Shown: positions 38,634 through 47,817 of the stretch, piece by piece
How positions within the stretch are numbered: the stretch's first letter is position 1
Layout of the letters: each line of letters begins with the position of its first letter
Origin: Anaerolineae bacterium
GTDB lineage: Bacteria > Chloroflexota > Anaerolineae > CG2-30-64-16
Reading direction: 5' to 3'
Assembly (NCBI GenBank): GCA_040772005.1
Contig: JAXGYZ010000003.1
Coordinates: 130,131 to 194,130, forward strand
Length of the DNA: 64,000 nt
Position numbers and translations under genes: made by a program
The notes under the pieces: model-generated
Databases searched by the model: none
What the model was told of the DNA's origin: nothing
Seen by the model: the letters and a program-made list of their open reading frames with translations, nothing else

Positions 38634-38969
38634 TCACCCTGCGACAAAGTCCTGGCGCATGGGCGTGAAGGCGTCCAGCAGCACCGTCGGTGCATAGGTC
38701 TTGATGTAGTGCTTGACGTCGGACGGCACGTAGTAGCTGCCGCCCTTGTGTAGGCGCACGGGTTCGTGCCCGGCCATGCAGAAGTCGATCTCGCCCTCGA
38801 CCACATAGCCGACCTGCTCGTGCGGATGGCTGTGCTCCCAGGAGGCCTTGCCCGCCTCAAACCTGAACTCGACCAGCATCAACCCCGCGCCGTAGCTCAG
38901 CACGCGGCGTTGGGCGCCATCCGGGGTGGTGACGGCGGGCTCATGCTCGGCATCGGCGATCAGTTTCAT
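38634..38969 (-). CDS. Small cupin protein, KdgF-like (pectin-degradation accessory cupin)
   Basis: 111 aa after trimming ORF 38634..40097 to ATG 38967-38969 (RBS GAGGGAG). Cupin motifs G(x)5HxH...E and G...H (WEHSHPHEQVGYVVEGE...PSDVKH). Immediately upstream of ogl, as in kdgF-ogl pairs. Confidence 0.6.
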   Translation of the reverse strand: MKLIADAEHEPAVTTPDGAQRRVLSYGAGLMLVEFRFEAGKASWEHSHPHEQVGYVVEGEIDFCMAGHEPVRLHKGGSYYVPSDVKHYIKTYAPTVLLDAFTPMRQDFVAG

Positions 38970-38991
38970 GTGTGGACTCCCTCGTGCTGTT

Positions 38992-39018
38992 GGTGTATAA
39001 TGTGCGTCATCATACACC
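38992..39018. promoter_or_regulatory. Palindrome GGTGTAT-N13-ATACACC overlapping a TATAAT hexamer in the divergent kdgF-ogl / hybrid-kinase promoter region
   Basis: GGTGTATAATGTGCGTCATCATACACC. Candidate operator/-10 region. No experimental support. Confidence 0.3.
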
Positions 39019-39047
39019 TGGAAGTCTGGCGGAGACAAACGCCGGTC

Positions 39048-42000
39048 ATGAGCCAACTGAAGACTCAACGCCCGCGGGCAAGGCGCCCGCGCGTCGGTTA
39101 CATCACCCCGAGAATCAGCGACCACAACGGGCTGGCTATCTGGAGCGGGATGCTGGAGACGGCCCGGTTGCATGGCGCGGATGTGCTGTGCTTTGCCGGC
39201 GGCGAGGTCAAGCATCCGGAAGGCGCAGCCGGCCGCGCCAACGCGATCTACGACCTGGTCGACCGGGCCAGCCTCGACGGCCTGGTGGTGTGGGGTTCCT
39301 CCCTCGGTTACTACGCCGGTCCTGAAGCCACTTACGAATTCTGCCGCCAGTTTGGGCCCCTGCCGCTCGTCAGCATCGGCGTCGCGCTGCCGGGCATCCC
39401 CGGCGTCGTCCTGGACAGCTACGGTGGCGAGCGCGCGCTCATGGCCCACCTCATCGAAGTCCACGGCCGCCGCCGGTTGGCCTTCATTCGCGGCCCCGAA
39501 GGCCACCGCGAGGCGCGCGAGCGCTACCGCGCATATCGCGACGCGCTGGCAGAATACGACCTGCCCTTCGACCCCGCGCTGGTCTCCCCGCCGTACCTCT
39601 GGATTCAAGCCGACGGCATCGAGATGAACTCGAACGGCGCGGAGGCGGTGCGCCTGTTCGTGGAGGAGCGCCGGGTCGAGTTCGATGCGCTGGTGTCGAC
39701 CAGCGACACTTTCATGCTGGGCGCGCTGCCCGCACTCCTGGAACGCGGGATTCGCGTGCCGGAGGATGTCTCCGTCGTCGGCTTCGATGACAAGCCCGCC
39801 ACCCGCCTCCTTTCCCCCGCCCTGACCACCGTCCAGATTCGCATGCGCGAGCGCGGCCGCCAGGCCCTTGAGCTCCTGCTCGCGCGCTTGAACGGCGAGG
39901 ACATTCCGGCTGAGGTCCTGCAGCCCGCGCGCCTGGTGATCCGGCGTTCGTGCGGCTGCTCGGATGCCGTTGAGGGCCGCGGGCAGGCGGCCGGTTTGCC
40001 CGCCGGTGAGCACGCCGAGGGTCTCGACGCGCTGACCGGCGAGCGTCGCGCGGCCGCGCTCGCGGTCCTGGCACAGCCGCTGGAAGCGGTGGACCAACCG
40101 GCCGCGCAGGCTGCGCCCCTGCTCGATGCATTCCTCGCAGAATTACAGGGCGAGCCCTCAGGCCTCTTCTTGCCGGCGTGGGATGCTCTCCTGGCGCACA
40201 CCGAGGATTCCGAGCGCGAGGTGTGGGACTGGCAGGAGGTCCTCCTGGCGCTGCGCGAGCAGGTGCTGCCGTATCTGACCGCTGACCCGGTCCGGCTGCG
40301 GCAGGCGGAAGACCTCTGGCATCACGCGCGTTCGCATGTCGGGGAACGTGCCTGGCGCGTGCAGGCGCGCGCGGGCCACTACGCCGGCCAGCAGTCCGAC
40401 CGGCTCTATGCCCTCAGCCGGTCGTTGGCCCTGGCCGCGGACGTCCCCGAGCTGATGGATATCCTCGCGCGCATGCTGCCCGAACTGAATATCGCTTCCT
40501 GCCATGTGGCCCTGTACGAGGACCCGGACAACCCGGCGGGTGCGTGCCGGCTGGTGCTGGCCTACGATGAGCGCGGGCGGGCCAACCTGCCGCCGGAGGG
40601 CGTGCAGTGGTCCGCGCCGGTGCTGGCGTCGGGCGGCGCATTCGGGCAGACCGCGTCCCGCCAGAGCATCGTGGTCGAGCCGCTGTACTACCGGGACGAG
40701 CCGCTCGGCTTCATCATGCTGGACGGCAGCCGGAGCGAGGGCCAGGTCTACCGCGTCATCCAGGAGCAGGTGAGCAGCGCGCTCAAGAGCGTGCGGCTGC
40801 TGGAGGAGAACCGGCGGCTGTATCTGGCCGCGCTGGATGGGCAGCAGGCTGCGCAGGATCGGCAGCGCCTGGCCGAAGAAGCCAATCGTCTGAAGAGCCG
40901 TTTCCTCTCGATGGTGAGCCACGAGCTGCGTACGCCCCTGATCCTGCTGGAGGGACTGAGCGAGATGATGCTGCGCGAGGGGAACGGCGACCGGCCGCCG
41001 CTGCCGGCCTCGTACCGGCAGGACCTCGCGCGCATCCGCGCCACCTCGCAGCAGCTCAGCGGGCTGGTGCGCGACGTGCTCGACCTCTCGCGCAGCCAGA
41101 TGGGGCAGTTGCGGCTGGCCGTCACGCCGGTGGACCTGGCCAGCGTGTTGCAGCCGGCGCTGCTCATGGGTGAACAGATGGCGTTCGGCAAGGGCCTGGA
41201 CTGGCATGTGGAGATTGCGCCGGGCCTGCCCCTGGTCAACGGCGATGCGGCCCGGCTGCGGGAGGTGACGCTCAATCTCATCGCCAACGCAGTCAAGTTC
41301 ACCGCGCGCGGGGAAGTGCGCGTGCGCATCGAAGCGTCCGACGGCACGGCCACCGTTTCTGTCAGCGATACAGGCCTCGGCGTGCCGCGCGACGAGCAGC
41401 AGGCCATCTTCGATGAGTTCCGCCAGTCCGAACGCACGGCCACGCGCGGCTTCGGCGGGCTGGGGGTGGGGTTGGCTATCTGCCGCCAGATCATCCAACT
41501 GCACGGTGGGTCCATCGGCGTGCATTCGTCCGGCCAGGAAGAAGGCGGCTCGCGCTTCTACTTCACCCTGCCGGCGCTGCACGCGAGCGCCGGCGTAGAA
41601 CCGGCGGAGACGGCGGCCTGGGATGGCAGCACGGTGGTGCTTCTGGTCGAGCAGGCGGACAACGCCGCGCTGCTGCGCTCCCACCTGGAACAGCAGGGTT
41701 ACGCCGTCGACGTACTGGCCGCTGCTGAGGCCGGCGACTGGCTGGCCCGCCTCAGCGCCACCCCGCCGGGCGCTGTGATTCTGGACCTCCAGCCGGCGTG
41801 GGAGTATGGCTGGCGGCTGGTGGACGCGCTGCGACACAACCAGACCACACAGGGCGTGCCCATCCTGCTCTATTCGCTGCTGGCTGGGCGTGACGAGGGC
41901 GCAGTGCTGGCCGTGGACTACCTGGCGAAGCCCATGGGCGCGGCCGCGCTGACCCAGGCGCTGCAGAACCTCGGTGTGGCGACCTCGCAGCCAGCGGAGA

Positions 42001-42740
42001 ATGCGGCCATCCTGGTCGTGGACGACGACCCGGAGATTCGGGCCCTGCACGGCGACCTGGTCCGCACCCATTTCCCCAACTGCCGGATTCTGCTGGCCGC
42101 GAACGGGCGGCAGGCGTTGGAGCTGCTCGATGGCGGCGCACGCCCGTTGTTCGTCCTCCTGGACCTCATGATGCCGGAGCTGGATGGCGTCGGCGTGCTT
42201 GAGGCGATGCAGCGCAGTGCGCAGTTGCGGGACATTCCCGTCATCGTGCTGACGGCCCAGTGCCTGTCGGATGAAGACCTGGCCCGCCTGAATCGCGGGG
42301 TGGGCGCGATCCTGCAGAAGGGCGTCTTCTCCACGGACGAGACGCTGGCCCACATTGAGCGGGCGCTGGCGCGCAACCGGCGGCTGGGCAGCGAGTCGCA
42401 ACGGCTGGTGCGCAAGGCGATGGCCTATATGCACACCCATTACGCGCAGGACCTGACGCGCAGCCAGCTCGCGCGGAACGTGGGCCTGAGCGAGCGCCAC
42501 CTGGCACGCTGCTTTGCTGCTGAGGTGGGGCTTTCGCCCATGGATTACCTCAACCGCTACCGTATCGCGCAGGCGCGGCGCCTGCTTGATGAGAGCGACG
42601 CCGGCATCGCGCAGGTGATGGAGGCTGTTGGCTTCGGCGACAGCAGCTACTTCGCCCGCATCTTCCGCCGCGAGACCGGCATGTCACCCCGCGCCTATCG
42701 CGGCCGCAAGGACTCTACCGGTCTTCCCCGCTCCCAGTGA
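39048..42740 (+). CDS. Soluble hybrid sensor histidine kinase/response regulator: N-terminal LacI-type periplasmic-binding-fold (PBP1) sugar-sensor domain without HTH, central sensor region, HisKA + HATPase_c, two REC domains, C-terminal AraC-type HTH
   Basis: ORF 38766..42740 trimmed to ATG 39048 (MSQLKTQRP...; GGAG upstream). Features in N- to C-terminal order:
- PBP1/LacI ligand-binding signature (VGYITPRISDH...VVGFDD).
- H-box SHELRTPL.
- G1/G2 boxes (GLGVPRDEQQAIFDEF...GFGGLGVGLAI).
- Two REC (ILVVDDDPEI..., FVLLDLMMPELDG).
- AraC HTH at the end.
No TM segment detected. Confidence 0.8.
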   Translation: MSQLKTQRPRARRPRVGYITPRISDHNGLAIWSGMLETARLHGADVLCFAGGEVKHPEGAAGRANAIYDLVDRASLDGLVVWGSSLGYYAGPEATYEFCRQFGPLPLVSIGVALPGIPGVVLDSYGGERALMAHLIEVHGRRRLAFIRGPEGHREARERYRAYRDALAEYDLPFDPALVSPPYLWIQADGIEMNSNGAEAVRLFVEERRVEFDALVSTSDTFMLGALPALLERGIRVPEDVSVVGFDDKPATRLLSPALTTVQIRMRERGRQALELLLARLNGEDIPAEVLQPARLVIRRSCGCSDAVEGRGQAAGLPAGEHAEGLDALTGERRAAALAVLAQPLEAVDQPAAQAAPLLDAFLAELQGEPSGLFLPAWDALLAHTEDSEREVWDWQEVLLALREQVLPYLTADPVRLRQAEDLWHHARSHVGERAWRVQARAGHYAGQQSDRLYALSRSLALAADVPELMDILARMLPELNIASCHVALYEDPDNPAGACRLVLAYDERGRANLPPEGVQWSAPVLASGGAFGQTASRQSIVVEPLYYRDEPLGFIMLDGSRSEGQVYRVIQEQVSSALKSVRLLEENRRLYLAALDGQQAAQDRQRLAEEANRLKSRFLSMVSHELRTPLILLEGLSEMMLREGNGDRPPLPASYRQDLARIRATSQQLSGLVRDVLDLSRSQMGQLRLAVTPVDLASVLQPALLMGEQMAFGKGLDWHVEIAPGLPLVNGDAARLREVTLNLIANAVKFTARGEVRVRIEASDGTATVSVSDTGLGVPRDEQQAIFDEFRQSERTATRGFGGLGVGLAICRQIIQLHGGSIGVHSSGQEEGGSRFYFTLPALHASAGVEPAETAAWDGSTVVLLVEQADNAALLRSHLEQQGYAVDVLAAAEAGDWLARLSATPPGAVILDLQPAWEYGWRLVDALRHNQTTQGVPILLYSLLAGRDEGAVLAVDYLAKPMGAAALTQALQNLGVATSQPAENAAILVVDDDPEIRALHGDLVRTHFPNCRILLAANGRQALELLDGGARPLFVLLDLMMPELDGVGVLEAMQRSAQLRDIPVIVLTAQCLSDEDLARLNRGVGAILQKGVFSTDETLAHIERALARNRRLGSESQRLVRKAMAYMHTHYAQDLTRSQLARNVGLSERHLARCFAAEVGLSPMDYLNRYRIAQARRLLDESDAGIAQVMEAVGFGDSSYFARIFRRETGMSPRAYRGRKDSTGLPRSQ

Positions 42741-42824
42741 TGGTTCTAGCCGTTGTGGAGTGGAGCGTCCTCAGACGCGGAACGGTCCCTAGCGCGTGCC
42801 CGTCCGCGTTTGAACCGCATGCCC

Positions 42825-42846
42825 GTCCGCATTTGAGAATGCGGAC
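42825..42846 (+). terminator. Hairpin GTCCGCAT-TTGAGA-ATGCGGAC followed by TCCTCTTCTC. Candidate terminator after the hybrid kinase gene
   Basis: 8-bp stem, 6-nt loop, pyrimidine-rich tail. Weak as an intrinsic terminator. Confidence 0.35.
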
Positions 42847-43050
42847 TCCTCTTCTCAATCACGGCCCCACAATTTGACCTAATTGTATTGAAAGAAGTCC
42901 CAATCGAACAAGACACGGCCCGTCCTCGGGGAGTATCATAAGCATGCGCCCCCATGGTGTGCGCTACGCTGCCAGTATTTCCTTCTATCTATGCGGCCAC
43001 CCAAACGCGATGTTGTGCTCCCAGTGCCGTGGCAGGCGAGGAAGAACCCG

Positions 43051-43506
43051 ATGACGCAGGCTGTCACTCCAGAGACCGTGGTGATGGCAAAGAGCGCGTT
43101 GATCGCCGTCGAGGATCCGAACATCCTCTATCTGCTCCAGCGTTACGCGGAGGAGAGCGGCTTTGAGACGGCCACTGCGCACGCGAGCATGGAAGTCCTT
43201 GGCCGGGCCACGCACCTGCACCCGGCCTTCATCATTCTGGATGGCGCGCTGCCCGAAACTACCGGCCGGAAGCTGCTGTCCCGCCTACAGGCGCACGCCG
43301 ACACCTGCACCATTCCGGTCATTCTCTATATCAGCCCGGACGACCCGGCCGCCCCATGGACGGCAGGCGCCGCCGGGTGCCTGCCTAAATCGGTCAAGTA
43401 CGCGGATTTCCTGACCATGCTGGCGCACATCGGCGTGTTGCATGGCAACCATGTGAGCAGCGGCTGCGTGGCAGACGACGCAGTCACCGCCGCCCCTGAC
43501 ATTTGA
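43051..43506 (+). CDS. Stand-alone receiver-domain (CheY-like) response regulator
   Basis: REC fold with acidic pocket and phospho-acceptor ([11 protein letters not shown]...). Start is ambiguous (ATG at 43051 or 43084). No output domain. Confidence 0.55.
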   Translation: MTQAVTPETVVMAKSALIAVEDPNILYLLQRYAEESGFETATAHASMEVLGRATHLHPAFIILDGALPETTGRKLLSRLQAHADTCTIPVILYISPDDPAAPWTAGAAGCLPKSVKYADFLTMLAHIGVLHGNHVSSGCVADDAVTAAPDI

Positions 43507-43513
43507 GAACAGG

Positions 43514-44560
43514 ATGCGTCTCATGTCCGAGCAACTGAGCGAGCGCCCCAAGCTCCTTGAGGTCGTTGACCTGAAGAAGCACTTCCCCATCAAGCGCGGG
43601 TTCCTTTTCGCGAAGGAAGTCGGCGCGGTCAAAGCCGTGGACGGCGTGAGCCTCTTCATCCGCGAAGGCGAGACGCTGGGGCTGGTCGGCGAGAGCGGCT
43701 GCGGGAAGACCACGATTGGCCGGCTCATTCTGCGCGCCTATAACCCGACCGCCGGCCAGATCTGGTTCCAGGATCGCCGTATGGGGCGGGTGGATGTCGC
43801 CCGGATGAATGAGGGCGAACTGCGCGAGCTGCGCCAGAACATGCAGCTCATCTTCCAGGACCCCTACTCCTCGCTCAATCCGCGCATGACGCTGCTCGAA
43901 ATCGTCGGCGAGCCGCTGCGCAACCATGGCATTGCCAAAGGCAGCGAACTCAAGGAGCGCGTCGCCGAGCTGCTCAAGGTCGTCGGCCTGCGGCCCGAGT
44001 ACATGACCCGCTATCCGCACGCGTTCAGCGGCGGGCAGCGCCAGCGCATCGGCGTCGCGCGGGCACTGGCGCTGCATCCCCAGCTCGTCGTCTGCGACGA
44101 GCCTGTGTCGGCCCTGGACGTCTCCGTCCAGGCGCAGATTCTCAACCTGCTGCAGGGCCTGCAGGGCGACTTCGGCCTGACGTACCTGTTCATCTCGCAT
44201 GACCTGAGCGTGGTCGAGCACATCAGCGACCGCGTCGCCGTGATGTACGTGGGGAAACTTGTGGAGAGTGCCACCACGACCGAACTCTTCCTGGCCCCCC
44301 GTCATCCTTACACCGAGGCTCTGCTCTCCTCGGTGCCCAAGCCGGACCCCCGTGTCCGCACCGAGGCTGTGCCATTGACGGGTGAAGTAGCCGACCCGGC
44401 ACATCCACCCAGCGGCTGCTATTTCCATCCGCGCTGCAGGTATTGCATCGACCGGTGTACCACCGAGGAACCGGTGCTGCGGGAAATATCACCCGATCAC
44501 TTTGTCAGTTGTCACCGGGCCGAAGAGCTGCGCCTGCTCGGTGTGGCTGGCCTGGCGTAG
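43514..44560 (+). CDS. Opp/Dpp-family ABC transporter ATP-binding protein (OppF/DppF-like)
   Basis: Walker [10 protein letters not shown], signature [15 protein letters not shown], Walker [13 protein letters not shown], and the C-terminal oligopeptide-transporter extension with Cys-rich tail. Confidence 0.85.
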   Translation: MRLMSEQLSERPKLLEVVDLKKHFPIKRGFLFAKEVGAVKAVDGVSLFIREGETLGLVGESGCGKTTIGRLILRAYNPTAGQIWFQDRRMGRVDVARMNEGELRELRQNMQLIFQDPYSSLNPRMTLLEIVGEPLRNHGIAKGSELKERVAELLKVVGLRPEYMTRYPHAFSGGQRQRIGVARALALHPQLVVCDEPVSALDVSVQAQILNLLQGLQGDFGLTYLFISHDLSVVEHISDRVAVMYVGKLVESATTTELFLAPRHPYTEALLSSVPKPDPRVRTEAVPLTGEVADPAHPPSGCYFHPRCRYCIDRCTTEEPVLREISPDHFVSCHRAEELRLLGVAGLA

Positions 44561-44623
44561 GCGGGGCTGCCTGCAACGCACGCTGTTGGCGCAACGTTTC
44601 ATTTTCAAGGAGGAAGTTAGGCA

Positions 44624-46690
44624 ATGAAACAGCGAATGATCACACGACGTGAGTTCCTGCGGCTGTCTGCGATGGGCGCCGTAGGAGCAGCGGCGGCGGC
44701 CTGCGGCGGACAGCAGACGCCGGCCCCCGCGGCCGAACCGACGGCTGCACCCGCAGCCGAACCGACCGCCGCACCTGCCGCGGAGCCGACGGCCGTCCCC
44801 GAGGCCGTCAAGGCCACTGAAGCGCCCGTCGCGGCCGCGGGCAAGTACCAGGAAGCGCCCATGCTGGCCGAACTGGTCCAGGCGGGCTCGCTCCCGCCGG
44901 TCGATGAGCGGCTGCCCATCAACCCCGCCATCATGGAGAGCTACGAGGGCATCGGTAACTACGGCGGCAACTGGCGCCGCGGCTTCAAGGGCGTGTCCGA
45001 CCGCTGGGGGCCGACCAAGCTGGTGGACCGCAACTGGGCCTGGTTCGACAAGGATCTCAACCTCCAGCCGCGCCTGATGGAGTCCTGGCAGGTCTCCGAC
45101 GATGGCCGCGAGTGGACCATCAAGCTGCGCGAGGGCACCAAGTGGTCCGACGGCACCGAGTTCACTACGGACGACTTCGCGTTCTGGTACGAACACGAAC
45201 TGCAGAACAAGAAGGTCAACGCCAGCCTGCCCACCGTGTGGCGCTCGGATGCCGAGACGCCGGTCGAGTTCACTGCGGTCGACAAGTACACGGCCAAGTT
45301 CGCCTTCACGAAGCCCAAGCCGATGCTGATCTACTACAATACGCGCGGCGGCATGGGCGGGCCGATGACCCCCAGCCACTACATGAGGAAGTTCCACGAG
45401 GACACCACCGACGACAAGGCGGCCATGGAAGCTGAGATCAAGGAGCGCGGCTACGACAGTTGGGAGCGCTACTACATCGACTACAAGTCGTGGTGGTACA
45501 TGGATCCCAACAAGCCGGTCCTGAGCCCCTGGCTGGCAAAGGGTGAGCTCTCCACCGAGCTCTTCATCATGGAGCGCAACCCCTACTTCTTCGCCGTGGA
45601 CCCGGAGGGCAAACAATTGCCCTATATCGACACCGTCACGCATCGCCTGTTCGAGTCGGATGAGGTGCTCAACCTGTGGCTGACCAACGGCGAGATCGAC
45701 ATGCAGGCCCGGCACCTGAGCCTCGCCAACCTGGCCCTCTATAAGAGCGGCGAGGAGAAGGGCGATTACGCGACGATTCTGGCCATCCATGCGAGCCACA
45801 TCGCCATGCAGATTAACCATAGCTGCAAGAATCCGCAGCTCTACGAGCTGTTCAACGATCTCAAGGTGCGGCAGGCCATGAACGCGGCGATCAACCGTGA
45901 AGAGGTCAACGAGCTCATCTTCAACGGCATGCTCAAGCCGCGGCAATACAGCCCGCTGCCTATGTCGCCGCAGTACTACGAGAAGGCCGAGAAGGCCTGG
46001 ATCGAGTATGACCCCGACCTGGCGAACCAGTTGATGGACGAGGCCGGCTACACCGAGAAAGATGCGCAGGGCTTCCGCCTGTTCAAGGACGGCAGCGGCC
46101 CGATCACCTTCATCATCGAAGGCACCGATCAGACCGGCACGCCCACCGAGGATGCGGTCCTGCTCGTGAGCAGCTACCTGGAGAAGATCGGCATCAAGGC
46201 CACCTACAAGTACTCGGAGCGCGCGCTCTACACCGAGCACTACGAGGCCAACGAGATCGAGGCGGCCTGGTGGGGCGGCGACCGCACGGTGCTGCCGCTC
46301 GTGCCGGAGGCCATCATCTTCCGCGGCGTCCAGCCGGACCGGCCGTGGTGCCCGGGCTGGGGCTTCTTCTACACCGACCCGACCAACCCCGCCGCGGTCG
46401 AGCCGCCGGCCGACCACTGGATCCGGGACATCTGGAAGATCTGGGACGAGGAGATCGTCGTCGAGGTCGATCCTGAAAAGCAGACCGCGGCCTTCAAGAA
46501 GATCCTGGACATCTGGGCCGAGCAGCTGCCCATGATCGGCGTCCTGGGCGAGCAGCCGACACCGACCATCGTCAAGAACGGCTTCAAGGGCTACCCGCCC
46601 GGTATGCCGAACGACGACACCACCGGCGACGAGCAGTTCTGCCAGAGCGAGACGTACTACTGGGACGATCCGACGAAGCATACGATGTAG
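44624..46690 (+). CDS. ABC transporter substrate-binding protein, family 5 (Opp/Dpp-type), Tat signal
   Basis: Twin-arginine leader (TRREFLRLSAMGAVGAAAAACGG), Ala/Pro/Thr linker, and 688-aa SBP_bac_5 architecture. RBS AAGGAGG. Confidence 0.85.
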   Translation: MKQRMITRREFLRLSAMGAVGAAAAACGGQQTPAPAAEPTAAPAAEPTAAPAAEPTAVPEAVKATEAPVAAAGKYQEAPMLAELVQAGSLPPVDERLPINPAIMESYEGIGNYGGNWRRGFKGVSDRWGPTKLVDRNWAWFDKDLNLQPRLMESWQVSDDGREWTIKLREGTKWSDGTEFTTDDFAFWYEHELQNKKVNASLPTVWRSDAETPVEFTAVDKYTAKFAFTKPKPMLIYYNTRGGMGGPMTPSHYMRKFHEDTTDDKAAMEAEIKERGYDSWERYYIDYKSWWYMDPNKPVLSPWLAKGELSTELFIMERNPYFFAVDPEGKQLPYIDTVTHRLFESDEVLNLWLTNGEIDMQARHLSLANLALYKSGEEKGDYATILAIHASHIAMQINHSCKNPQLYELFNDLKVRQAMNAAINREEVNELIFNGMLKPRQYSPLPMSPQYYEKAEKAWIEYDPDLANQLMDEAGYTEKDAQGFRLFKDGSGPITFIIEGTDQTGTPTEDAVLLVSSYLEKIGIKATYKYSERALYTEHYEANEIEAAWWGGDRTVLPLVPEAIIFRGVQPDRPWCPGWGFFYTDPTNPAAVEPPADHWIRDIWKIWDEEIVVEVDPEKQTAAFKKILDIWAEQLPMIGVLGEQPTPTIVKNGFKGYPPGMPNDDTTGDEQFCQSETYYWDDPTKHTM

Positions 46691-46694
46691 AACC

Positions 46695-46811
46695 GATTGA
46701 AGATTGCAGATTGAAGATTGAAGATTGGCCAGAGGTGGTGGATTGAGGATTCGTGTAATCTTCAAGCCGGGAGAAGTGTAGCTTCGCACATCTTCAATTT
46801 TCAATCTGCAA
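46695..46811. repeat. Heptamer tandem repeat (GATTGAA/GAAGATT x4-5) with inverted copies downstream. Intercistronic stem-loop element between the SBP and permease genes
   Basis: Direct units GATTGAAGATTGCAGATTGAAGATTGAAGATTGG at 46695-46728. Inverted units AATCTTCAAG at 46757-46766 and CATCTTCAATTTTCAATCTGCAA at 46789-46811. Confidence 0.6.
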
Positions 46812-46826
46812 CCCGGGAGGCTGCCC

Positions 46827-47816
46827 ATGTTTGCCTATATCGTGCGTCGGGTGCTCATCATGATTCCGACGCTGTTTCTGATCTCGATCATCTCCTTTGT
46901 CGCCATCCAGCTGCCGCCGGGCGACTACCTGACGTCGTATGTCGCCACCCTGCGCACGATGGGCGAGAACATCGACCAGGAGCAGCTGGATTCGATGCGG
47001 GAGCGGTACGGCCTGGGCCAGCCCGTGTATGTGCAGTACTTCAAATGGATCGGCGGCATCCTCCTGCGCGGGGATTGGGGCCAATCGTTCGAGTGGCAGA
47101 AGCCCGTCAAGGAGTTGATCGGGGAACGCCTGCTGCTAACGGTGATCCTGTCGTTTGTATCACTGCTGGTCGGGTGGTTCATCGCGATCCCGATCGGCGT
47201 CTATTCCGCGACTCACCAGTATTCGGTCCTTGATTACATCTTGTCTGTCATTAGTTTCATAGGGGTCGGCGTGCCCGGCTTTCTCCTCGCGCTGATCGTG
47301 ATGTACTTCGCGCAGACCCAGCTCCAGATGAATGTGGGCGGGCTGTTTTCGCAGGAGTACATCAATGCGCCCTGGAGCCTCGGGCGGGTGCTGGACATGC
47401 TGAAGCACCTGTGGATTCCGGTGGTGATTTTGGCCGTCGAGGGGACCGCCGCCGGCATCCGCACCACGCGCGCCAACCTGCTCGACGAGCTGAACAAGCC
47501 CTACGTCGAGCTGGCGCGGGCCAAGGGCATGAACGAGCTGAAGCTCATCTGGAAGTATCCCGTGCGGGTCGCGCTGAATCCGTTCTTCAGCACCGTCGGC
47601 TGGTCGCTGGCGAACCTCATTTCGGGGGCTACGCTGATTTCGGTGGTGCTGAGCCTCCAGACGACCGGCCCGATGCAACTGCGGGCGCTGACCTCGCAGG
47701 ATATGTACCTCGCCGGCAGCTTCCTGCTGCTGCTCAGTGCCCTGACCGTCATCGGCACGCTGATATCGGACATCCTGCTCGCGTGGGTTGATCCGCGCAT
47801 CCGACTGGAGCGATAA
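46827..47816 (+). CDS. Opp/Dpp-family ABC transporter permease (OppB/DppB-like)
   Basis: 329 aa, six TM helices, and the conserved binding-protein-dependent permease EAA-like loop (…ELARAKGMNELKLIWKY…). Confidence 0.85.
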   Translation: MFAYIVRRVLIMIPTLFLISIISFVAIQLPPGDYLTSYVATLRTMGENIDQEQLDSMRERYGLGQPVYVQYFKWIGGILLRGDWGQSFEWQKPVKELIGERLLLTVILSFVSLLVGWFIAIPIGVYSATHQYSVLDYILSVISFIGVGVPGFLLALIVMYFAQTQLQMNVGGLFSQEYINAPWSLGRVLDMLKHLWIPVVILAVEGTAAGIRTTRANLLDELNKPYVELARAKGMNELKLIWKYPVRVALNPFFSTVGWSLANLISGATLISVVLSLQTTGPMQLRALTSQDMYLAGSFLLLLSALTVIGTLISDILLAWVDPRIRLER

Positions 47817-47817
47817 C

